This document shows positions 8,036 to 15,954 of a stretch of DNA of 64,000 nucleotides, one piece after another. The position numbers and the translations under genes were made by a program. Position 1 is the first letter of the stretch, and every line of letters starts with the position of its first letter. The stretch lies in the IMG/VR virus record IMGVR_UViG_3300050343_000199, positions 128,819-192,818 of that record; one strand, written 5' to 3'. This DNA is from a virus. A model generated the notes under the pieces. The model did not search any database, had not been told where the DNA came from, and saw nothing but the letters and a program-made list of their open reading frames with translations.

Positions 8036-8247
8036 GAGTTTTCTCCTAGTGTAAGATAAAATTTGGTTTGGTCTGATGGTGAGTTCTCGTAGATGGAACT
8101 ATCACCATACTCTTTGTGGTCTTTGTATCCAACCATACGACCTTTCGTATTTTGGATCGCTCCCATCATAGCAATGATCAGGAAGATTGCAGGTGGTCCA
8201 ATGATAAGGGCACCTCCAATCACATAATAAGTCAGTAGTTCAATCAT
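8032..8247 (-). CDS. Small membrane protein
   Basis: ORF track; N-terminal TM helix; between the two hli genes. Confidence 0.7.
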   Translation of the reverse strand: MIELLTYYVIGGALIIGPPAIFLIIAMMGAIQNTKGRMVGYKDHKEYGDSSIYENSPSDQTKFYLTLGENS

Positions 8248-8465
8248 CAGAATCCGAACGCTCCAAAGAAAAATACGCTACCACTGAAAGCATAAGAGAC
8301 AACAGCAGCAACAAATCCAACCATAGCAGTCCGTCCATTTAATTTCTCTGCTTTCTCTGCATATGTCTCGTAACCGTAACGTTCTGCGTCGGTCTGGGAG
8401 ATGTACATTTGTGGTTCTCTGGCGAACATGTTTGTCCGTCCACCATCTTCAGTTGTTACAGTCAT
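8247..8465 (-). CDS. hli: High-light-inducible protein
   Basis: NMFAREP ... AEKLNGRTAMVGFVAAVVSY. Confidence 0.92.
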   Translation of the reverse strand: MTVTTEDGGRTNMFAREPQMYISQTDAERYGYETYAEKAEKLNGRTAMVGFVAAVVSYAFSGSVFFFGAFGF

Positions 8466-8492
8466 GATACGTTTCGTAATGAATCTTTACAT

Positions 8493-8521
8493 AGTATATA
8501 GTAAGTCAGAGCTTATGTCAA
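8493..8521 (-). promoter_or_regulatory. Sigma70-type promoter of the hli operon
   Basis: TTGACA (8521-8516), 17 nt, TATACT (8498-8493). Confidence 0.85.
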
Positions 8522-8589
8522 GCATAAAGTGTGCCATTTTGAACAGTGGCACACCGCTAAATAAAATATATACCGCTTTGGTAAATCGT

Positions 8590-9084
8590 ATGAAAAGGTT
8601 TTTACCTATCATAATGTTACTGATGACGGCACCAGCAGCGAATGCAGGTGCTCTTACACATAGATTATCTTCCAGTGTTCAACTAACCGTTGATGCTGCT
8701 GCTACTAACGTTACAAGATTAGGAAGTACATACTCTGTTTCTGGTAGTGGTGTAGATACTACTGACGGAACCACAGTTAACACAATTTCTACTGGTGCAA
8801 TTACTAGTGGAATAATGTCTCCTGGTACTATTGCTGCCACTCAAGATAACCCAGGAAGTGCTTTTAGTTATTCACAGTCTTACACACAAGGTGATGCAAT
8901 TCCAACGAGTGCAGTCACTGTTGGTGATGTAGCAAACTTCGGCAATATTACATCTACAACTGCAGGATCTGCTGGTTCTCTAGCTGGTACTCTTAGTACT
9001 GCTGGTGCTCTCACGATAACAGCTGGTGGAGCTGGTACAAATGCTACGGGACAATTTGTCTCTGAACTCACGATTCTACACTAA
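8590..9084 (+). CDS. Secreted Thr/Ser/Gly-rich protein
   Basis: Signal peptide MKRFLPIIMLLMTAPAANA; late-promoter-like CTAAATA at 8557-8563. Confidence 0.8.
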   Translation: MKRFLPIIMLLMTAPAANAGALTHRLSSSVQLTVDAAATNVTRLGSTYSVSGSGVDTTDGTTVNTISTGAITSGIMSPGTIAATQDNPGSAFSYSQSYTQGDAIPTSAVTVGDVANFGNITSTTAGSAGSLAGTLSTAGALTITAGGAGTNATGQFVSELTILH

Positions 9085-9104
9085 ATAAATGGGGATCAGA
9101 GATC

Positions 9105-9575
9105 ATGACTTCTGGAAGGATAACACTCTGGTATGTCCTAAGTGCGGTGGTTGCAAGTGTCATACCTGCAACTGCCCTGGCGGTCCCCGTGGTCCCAAAC
9201 TTCAGCCAGGGCTCCATGACGAGCCACACAGAAACAACGTCAAAGGTGACTGAGACGATTAACTCTATAGATTATGCAACAGGATGGCAATATTCAGTAT
9301 CGGGCACAAACGTGACCAATGGGGGACAATCTCTAAGTCCCAACCCAACAACAAACTCAGTGATAGTGAATCCATTAGGAGGAACAGAGGGGCAAGTAAC
9401 AAGCGCGAACTCTGGTCTAAATTTAAATGGACAGAGTTTCACGATCGCAGAACCAGGAGCAGCATTCCAGTTCACTCAGACCTACATGGGACCGGGTGTA
9501 ACGAATCAAACTGTGATTCAAAGAACAACAGAGGTTACCAGCGTAACCGACACCACAAGTATCTTTACCCAGTAG
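9105..9575 (+). CDS. Secreted Thr-rich protein
   Basis: Signal peptide ending ATALA, then VPVVPNF. Confidence 0.8.
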   Translation: MTSGRITLWYVLSAVVASVIPATALAVPVVPNFSQGSMTSHTETTSKVTETINSIDYATGWQYSVSGTNVTNGGQSLSPNPTTNSVIVNPLGGTEGQVTSANSGLNLNGQSFTIAEPGAAFQFTQTYMGPGVTNQTVIQRTTEVTSVTDTTSIFTQ

Positions 9576-10573
9576 TATTATGTCTAACTCAACTTGCGAC
9601 TGTCCCTGCCACACTGGCGGCAGATGTCGGGGGTGTAAGTGCAACAGCAAATCCGATAGCTAATAGTTCAGGCTCAGTTACGAACCAAGCTATTCAGGTA
9701 TTACAAGGACCATATATCACTAACCAATATGGTGGTGGTATCGCATGTCAAGGACCTACTGCTAACATAACACCATTCATTACTCATGCTCGTAATGAGA
9801 AGGATCCATTTGAGACACACTACATGGAACCTCAATACGACAACAGAGATTTTGAAGGTCAGATGGTAGAGACTCAAAAAAATGTGAAGAACTGGCCATG
9901 GGAATCTTGGTATGATGATAGAACATATACCAACTCAGATGGTGAGACTGTTCGTGCATTTGAAGATGGTGCAGACATGACTATCACTACCATGGAAATG
10001 ATGGGTGATGGTGTGCCTGATAATCCAGGTCACGAACTCTGGAGGAAACCAGTAAGAACTGGAGACACTAGAAATTATAGCACAAGCGTTGGATTATCTG
10101 CAACAATCTCTTTCCCACTTGATGGTGGAATGCAAGAGCGTTGTAAGCAAGCAGCAGATACTCAGATTCAAATGCAGCAACAGATGATTGCTAATAAAAG
10201 ATTAGATTTTGAGATTGCGAGACTTAAGAATTGCGGTCAGTTAATGCAGGCAGGTATCAGTTTCCACCCACGTAGCCCATACTTTAAAATATGTGCAGAC
10301 GTGGTAGTTAACAATGTTAATACCGTCAAGCAACATCGTCACTCTATCCCTTCGGTTTCAGTGCCGAACGTAAGATCTTTATCGCCCGGTTCCGATCCCG
10401 TTGCTCCGCCTTCCTCTCAGTCGCAGACAATACAGGGGGCTTCTTACCCCGTAAGGCAGCAATCTTCTTCACAACCTTCTTCGTCACAGGTTTCACCACT
10501 TTTAACAAAAGATCAGCAAGAGGCTTTGCAAGCAGTGCAGAGGTCGTCGCAACTACAGCAATTGAGGCGGTAA
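9284..10573 (+). CDS. Secreted/outer-membrane hypothetical protein; true start unclear (signal-like region begins near 9550)
   Basis: ORF track, 429 aa; RHHKYLYPVVLCLTQLATVPATLA signal-like segment has no nearby in-frame ATG/GTG/TTG. Confidence 0.7.
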   Translation: MAIFSIGHKRDQWGTISKSQPNNKLSDSESIRRNRGASNKRELWSKFKWTEFHDRRTRSSIPVHSDLHGTGCNESNCDSKNNRGYQRNRHHKYLYPVVLCLTQLATVPATLAADVGGVSATANPIANSSGSVTNQAIQVLQGPYITNQYGGGIACQGPTANITPFITHARNEKDPFETHYMEPQYDNRDFEGQMVETQKNVKNWPWESWYDDRTYTNSDGETVRAFEDGADMTITTMEMMGDGVPDNPGHELWRKPVRTGDTRNYSTSVGLSATISFPLDGGMQERCKQAADTQIQMQQQMIANKRLDFEIARLKNCGQLMQAGISFHPRSPYFKICADVVVNNVNTVKQHRHSIPSVSVPNVRSLSPGSDPVAPPSSQSQTIQGASYPVRQQSSSQPSSSQVSPLLTKDQQEALQAVQRSSQLQQLRR

Positions 10574-11150
10574 CAGTTATCATACCTGCTGATGGTATGT
10601 TCTGTACAATCTGATCAGGTATTGTAAGGTTTTCAAATACAGGGAGACATTCTTTTCCGACTGTCTCATACCCAGTAATCTTTTTATTACCCTCTAGGAT
10701 TTTTCCTACAGGGTTTTTTAATTCTTGTGCTCTACTAGGACACTCTGCTAATGCAGCATCAGTTTTAGGAGCTGGTGGTGTAGCAGGAGTCTCTGGTGTT
10801 TTTGTATCTGGTGGAATGATTGGTGGAGGTGGTGGACCCTCATTTGTTATAGTTAACCTACGTGGATCATAATCTATTGGATTATAACTAGGTGTTCCTG
10901 CATCACAGAATACTTGTACACCATCTCTATCTTCTTCTTTGAGTGTTTGATTCTCACTACTATCCCTATGGGACTCAACACACCCTGGTATATTAATAAT
11001 AGGAATACCCACCTGTGTAGTTACGGGTGGGTAAATTGGTAGTGCCTGTGGAGGATTAGTCATCCAATCAGGCATTACATTAATATTCAAATCACGAATA
11101 TCACCAACACGAATATCATTATTCGGTATATTAATATTAGGTATGTCCAT
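10344..11150 (-). CDS. Pro-rich protein with C-terminal membrane anchor and basic tail
   Basis: ORF track; PPPPP linker, TM ITVTASIAVVATTSALL. Confidence 0.8.
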   Translation of the reverse strand: MDIPNINIPNNDIRVGDIRDLNINVMPDWMTNPPQALPIYPPVTTQVGIPIINIPGCVESHRDSSENQTLKEEDRDGVQVFCDAGTPSYNPIDYDPRRLTITNEGPPPPPIIPPDTKTPETPATPPAPKTDAALAECPSRAQELKNPVGKILEGNKKITGYETVGKECLPVFENLTIPDQIVQNIPSAGMITVTASIAVVATTSALLAKPLADLLLKVVKPVTKKVVKKIAALRGKKPPVLSATERKAEQRDRNRAIKILRSALKPKG

Positions 11151-11782
11151 CAGCAATCATTAAATACACTACCAACTGTAGAACCAAGTGAGGATCCTGC
11201 CTTTTGTCCTAGTAGAAGTGCCCATCCACCTGCTAACCATCCAACGTATGGGATGCCAACAGCAGCAGGAACAGCAACACCAGCAGCGATAGCACTACCT
11301 GCCATTGCACCTTGACTCCGTGCGCCAGCGTCCGCCACTAAACACTCTGCTTCTTTTGCAGTCAACTTTCCCTCATCATCTGTTGCACCTCCCATATTTC
11401 TGGTGCCTTCCATAGTGAACTGATCGCTACGATACTCACGACGGTTCTCGTATTTCTTACCACCAAAGAATCCACTTTGATTTTTTTGAAGTTCTAAGGA
11501 TCTATCGGACTGGAGAACTTTAGGATCGTTTGCACGATACTCAATCTCATATCCATCCTTACCAGCTTTAATGGTATATGATGAATAATCTCCACGAGGG
11601 ATATTGATTGTGGGTACGTTTGGAACTTGTGGTTCTTCTGGTCTATGGATTACATAACCCAACAAACCAACATGTGCTAAAGCAAAGAGTCCACCTAGTG
11701 TCAGTGCAATACCTTTGATAGGAGACTTATTTGGTGCCCCAACTTTTTCAGTTCCATCTACTCTAAATGTTTCGTTAGTCAT
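11150..11782 (-). CDS. Membrane protein with C-terminal glycine-zipper-like region
   Basis: GAMAGSAIAAGVAVPAAVGIPYVGWLAGGWALLLGQKAGSSLG. Confidence 0.8.
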   Translation of the reverse strand: MTNETFRVDGTEKVGAPNKSPIKGIALTLGGLFALAHVGLLGYVIHRPEEPQVPNVPTINIPRGDYSSYTIKAGKDGYEIEYRANDPKVLQSDRSLELQKNQSGFFGGKKYENRREYRSDQFTMEGTRNMGGATDDEGKLTAKEAECLVADAGARSQGAMAGSAIAAGVAVPAAVGIPYVGWLAGGWALLLGQKAGSSLGSTVGSVFNDC

Positions 11783-11784
11783 AG

Positions 11785-12048
11785 TTAGAATGGCAAGGAA
11801 GGAATAGCACCACCAGTAGCAGCAGGCATACCTATAGCACCACCAGTAGCACCAGGGAGTTCTGGCATTGCAGAGTCCATCATTCCAGGAAGTTGTCCAG
11901 CAATTGCTTCTGCTGCTGCAGATGCAACTTGAGATTTAATATTCTCAACAATAGAATCTTTATTGAGATATAGTGCGGTGCCTCCACCGATGATACCTGC
12001 AGTTCCTACAAATGATAGTACTGCTAAAACATTAATTACTTTTTGCAT
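11785..12048 (-). CDS. Small membrane-anchored protein
   Basis: MQKVINVLAVLSFVGTAGIIGGG N-terminal TM. Confidence 0.8.
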   Translation of the reverse strand: MQKVINVLAVLSFVGTAGIIGGGTALYLNKDSIVENIKSQVASAAAEAIAGQLPGMMDSAMPELPGATGGAIGMPAATGGAIPSLPF

Positions 12049-12059
12049 TTTATTCTCCG

Positions 12060-12485
12060 TTACATTTTATATTTTTCATCAGTAGAAATTTTGACTGGTG
12101 CCTGTTCAATACGAATAGTTTGTCCAGGTGCAGTTTGTGCTGCTTTCTCAATCAATCTTTCCATCTGTTCTTTGGTGATACCACCACCACCATTACTACT
12201 ACCACCTTCTCCTGCTTTCTTCGCTGCCTGGACACCAAAAGTAGCTAAAACTCCAGTGAAGACGCTGGCGATAAAAGTTGGATCTAGTTTTTGTTCAGGA
12301 ATTCCAAGTGCTGGTGGAAGTTTGATGTATGCCAGCGTGAGTATTCCGCCAGACCAAACAAGGATGCCGAGCCTAACAAAAGTAGACAGAATAGCAAGCT
12401 GCTCTTCTTTATCATCTGCTGCCTCCTTAATTTTACCGAGAAGACCTTTCTTTTTAGGTTCTTCCTTCTTTACTTCTTCTGACAT
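12060..12485 (-). CDS. Two-TM membrane protein
   Basis: Two hydrophobic segments flanked by charged termini. Confidence 0.8.
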   Translation of the reverse strand: MSEEVKKEEPKKKGLLGKIKEAADDKEEQLAILSTFVRLGILVWSGGILTLAYIKLPPALGIPEQKLDPTFIASVFTGVLATFGVQAAKKAGEGGSSNGGGGITKEQMERLIEKAAQTAPGQTIRIEQAPVKISTDEKYKM

Positions 12486-12509
12486 ACATCAACAGCAAGG
12501 CTCTTTTAT

Positions 12510-14903
12510 TTATTGTTTATAAAGTCCATTAACTCTTGGGTAAATTTGTCTATTGTAATTAAGATTATTATCTTCCCTATCTGTAGTGCGTCTACCATTC
12601 AAAGTAGATTGTTTAAACCCAGAAATATATCCAGTAGTTGGTCTTGGATTGCTACAAAATACTTCTCGGTTAGGACTACCTTTTGAACAAGTGTAATCAT
12701 CATATCCACCTTGCTGTCCTATATTACTTACAGCATTTATAACAATACTTCCTTCCATATTACTGTGACTACCACACTGATACTTAACTGTCTGTCCAGA
12801 GTATGTACTTCCCGGTGTCCAAATAACTTGAGTGGCATTGTTAGCAAATCCTTGACCAGTTACACCAGGAATGTTATTACCACTTGAATCTCTAATGTAA
12901 AGAGGGTGAGTCCAAGATGCTCCTGCAGTTAAATTAATAGTTCCTTGCATACCAGGGTGAGCACCACACTGATACTTGTATGTTCCAGAGGAATATCCAC
13001 TTGTGTCCCATAGAATTTGGTTCCCTTGAGAATTAGCTCCCTGACCAGTGACCCCGGTCGTAAGATTATTTCCGCTACTATCTCTAAGATATATTGGGTG
13101 AGTGGTCATGTTTGCAGCTAACTCCATATCAAGTGAGTCACCTACGGTGAGGTTTATGGTAGGGTTCCAACTCTGAGATCCATTAGTATCAGTCATTTGA
13201 TAACCATTACTAGTTTGACCAGCATCTACCTGATAGTAAACATACCCGCCAGCGGAGGGAAGAGTGATAGTCAAAGTATCGTTAGGATCAATAGTTATAG
13301 TCGGATCAAGTCCATTAATATTACCATTACTATCTGTTCCGGTTAGGTAGTAATCTTGAGATGTAGTTTGAGCTCTATCAATAGAGATGTTGTAGCTGTT
13401 ACCAGTAGCACCAAGAATATCAAAGTCCATCAAGTCATCACGAGAAAAATTTCTAATGAATTGAATTGCATCATCATTAGTAAATCTTTCTCTACCCGTA
13501 GCAGCACAGGCAAGGATACCACATACCTGAGGCGATGCCATACTAGTACCACTAATCGTTAGCATGTTATCAATACCAGCAGGATATCCTGGTCTTGTAA
13601 TAGGTCCCTTATTCTTTCCCTTGGCTCCATCACCACCAATAGAAAGAATATTTGAACCAGGAGCAAAGACATCAATCCTTTCTCCAAAGTTTGTAAACGA
13701 TGACCGGCGATGATCGCTAGTAGTATTAATTGAACCTACACAAATGAAACCCTTTGCATGGCAAGGGGAGCTCCCTCTATGCATATTACGGATATACCCA
13801 CTTATCTTAATTTTATTATTATAATCTTGATGACCTTCACGGACAGAATATGTATTTGCATTACCGGCAGCACCAACCATAACAACACCTTCTTCCATAG
13901 CATCAATAGCATCTAGATCTAGAGCTTCATATCTAGAAGGATATCCATTTGGATTATATCTAGCACCAAAGTCAGCTTGGATTCCATCATTAGTCCACCC
14001 TGAAGGACCGGGATTATTAGCATCATATGTCGTTCCTCGGTAAGTAATATACTCTACATCACCAGAATTCCAATCACCAGTATAAGCATATCCCCAACTA
14101 TTATTACATATAGTAGGGTTTCTTCTACCCGTTACAGGATTGATCGGTTTAGTTCTATGAAACTCTCTTACATAATCAAAAATTCTCAGAGCTCCATGTG
14201 ATCCTCCAAAGGTAAGCGCATAAATGTTTGCTTCTTTTGCCCACCCATAATACTTTCCAGCAACAGTACCTGCAACATGACACCCATGATCATCGGCATT
14301 ACTAATAGGAGGGTGTGAATAATTACCACCATAACCTAGATTAGAATGTTCTACATACCAATCGTACTGAACAAATCTACTTTGTCCTGGAGTAACCGCT
14401 TCGCTTTCCCATTCATCAGAATCAAATCCAACTTCACCATCAACAATAACTACATCAACATGACGACCATCATTAAAAATATTTACATCTTTACCTACTG
14501 TTCTTTGATTGGTTCCCCAAACACCTTTCATTCTCTCAGCAATAGTTCCAGCTGAATGAAGATGTCCCCACTGACGATCATTTTGTTGAGCAACATTAGT
14601 AGTACTATACTTTGTAAAGTCACCAACGATATCATATGGACTTTGATTAGTATATCCACAAAGTGTTGGTTCTAAACCAAGTTCTTCCGGGGATAATTCA
14701 CAAGCAATAACTCTCTCATCTTGAGAAACTAATACAGATTCTTCTTCTGTTAATTTGTAGTGTGTATTCCTACTAACTGATCTACGATCTAAAAGTTCTA
14801 CTGCTCTATCTGGAATGTATAGCGCACCACCTTCTGTCTCCATGTCATTATAGAGACTCTGTAGATCTTCATACGATCTACATGAGACAATATATTCTTT
14901 CAT
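12510..14903 (-). CDS. Subtilisin-like S8 peptidase with two cupredoxin-like repeats, probable virion protein
   Basis: Triad motifs VDVVIVDG, DDHGCHVAGT, GTSMASP; two HP(I/L)Y...YQCGxHxxMxG repeats. Confidence 0.9.
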   Translation of the reverse strand: MKEYIVSCRSYEDLQSLYNDMETEGGALYIPDRAVELLDRRSVSRNTHYKLTEEESVLVSQDERVIACELSPEELGLEPTLCGYTNQSPYDIVGDFTKYSTTNVAQQNDRQWGHLHSAGTIAERMKGVWGTNQRTVGKDVNIFNDGRHVDVVIVDGEVGFDSDEWESEAVTPGQSRFVQYDWYVEHSNLGYGGNYSHPPISNADDHGCHVAGTVAGKYYGWAKEANIYALTFGGSHGALRIFDYVREFHRTKPINPVTGRRNPTICNNSWGYAYTGDWNSGDVEYITYRGTTYDANNPGPSGWTNDGIQADFGARYNPNGYPSRYEALDLDAIDAMEEGVVMVGAAGNANTYSVREGHQDYNNKIKISGYIRNMHRGSSPCHAKGFICVGSINTTSDHRRSSFTNFGERIDVFAPGSNILSIGGDGAKGKNKGPITRPGYPAGIDNMLTISGTSMASPQVCGILACAATGRERFTNDDAIQFIRNFSRDDLMDFDILGATGNSYNISIDRAQTTSQDYYLTGTDSNGNINGLDPTITIDPNDTLTITLPSAGGYVYYQVDAGQTSNGYQMTDTNGSQSWNPTINLTVGDSLDMELAANMTTHPIYLRDSSGNNLTTGVTGQGANSQGNQILWDTSGYSSGTYKYQCGAHPGMQGTINLTAGASWTHPLYIRDSSGNNIPGVTGQGFANNATQVIWTPGSTYSGQTVKYQCGSHSNMEGSIVINAVSNIGQQGGYDDYTCSKGSPNREVFCSNPRPTTGYISGFKQSTLNGRRTTDREDNNLNYNRQIYPRVNGLYKQ

Positions 14904-14904
14904 A

Positions 14905-15924
14905 TCAGACCTCTAGTTGTACAAAGTGTAGAGTTACTGTAATATTTTGAGTGCCACCACTTTTATTTACAACCTTAACATAAGCAGTTGTTGATGGTGT
15001 TCCATCATCATTCCAACCAATAGTACCTGGAGTAATAGGTTGCGTACCACCATCGGTCGTAATAATCTCAGCAATTACACCAGATCCTGGTTGAGGATCC
15101 GTAACTTCATTTCTGGATATATCATTACTTCTAGCAGTAGATGATGTATAAAGTGTTACCCATGCAGCATGTGATGTTTGAATCTTAAGTAATGCGTATG
15201 TTTTTGCTGCAGTAATATCAAGATAGTAACTCTGTCCATCAGCAGCAGCATTATAAGTTGCTTGAGCAGTTGTTCTACTAGTAAGACCTGATCCACCACC
15301 ACCAGATGGTGCTGCTGGTTCCCATTTAGATCCATCCCAAGTTAATACATCATTAGCACTAGGTGCTGTAGTTGTAGTGTCTACATCAGATAATGCATCA
15401 ATTGAAATACCATTCAAATCTGATGCAGTGACTGCAGTTAAATATCCGGATAAATCCGGAGGAGTGTATGAAAACACTCCACTACTATTATTATAAGAAA
15501 GAGATGCAGCACCAACAGAATTTGATGTGACAGAGAGATCTGACAATGCGATACCGCCACCTCCACCGCCGCCACCTGACTGGTCAACTGGTGCAAATGC
15601 CTGTAGTGATTGGTCCCATGCGAGAACTTTACCTCCACCACTACTACCATTAAGAGTGACACTATTAAAAGTAACGTCAATAAGTTCGGAAATACTCTCG
15701 TTATTGAGATTCATTACTGCACTAAGAACTCCAGTGCCATTAATGCTTAAATTATTTCCAATTTTAATTCCGCCAAGTGAATTGACAGATGCAATACCTA
15801 ATGTATATACGCCAGTAACACCCTGACATTTCCAGGTTGATCCAGTATTATCCCACTGCCACTGAATACCTTCAGCGGTATGGATATCACCATTGTTTGG
15901 TGATGTTGGAAAATTAATTGCCAT
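14905..15924 (-). CDS. Tail-fibre-like virion structural protein
   Basis: MAINFPTSP N-terminus, Gly-rich linkers, LSDVDT/DVLTWDGSKWEP fibre motif. Confidence 0.75.
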   Translation of the reverse strand: MAINFPTSPNNGDIHTAEGIQWQWDNTGSTWKCQGVTGVYTLGIASVNSLGGIKIGNNLSINGTGVLSAVMNLNNESISELIDVTFNSVTLNGSSGGGKVLAWDQSLQAFAPVDQSGGGGGGGGIALSDLSVTSNSVGAASLSYNNSSGVFSYTPPDLSGYLTAVTASDLNGISIDALSDVDTTTTAPSANDVLTWDGSKWEPAAPSGGGGSGLTSRTTAQATYNAAADGQSYYLDITAAKTYALLKIQTSHAAWVTLYTSSTARSNDISRNEVTDPQPGSGVIAEIITTDGGTQPITPGTIGWNDDGTPSTTAYVKVVNKSGGTQNITVTLHFVQLEV

Positions 15925-15954
15925 GCTTAGAGTACTCCTTCCTTCTTATTTAGA

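Noticed and set aside
15545-15585. CCA/CCG triplet runs
   Set aside because: Simply encode a poly-Gly linker in the fibre protein
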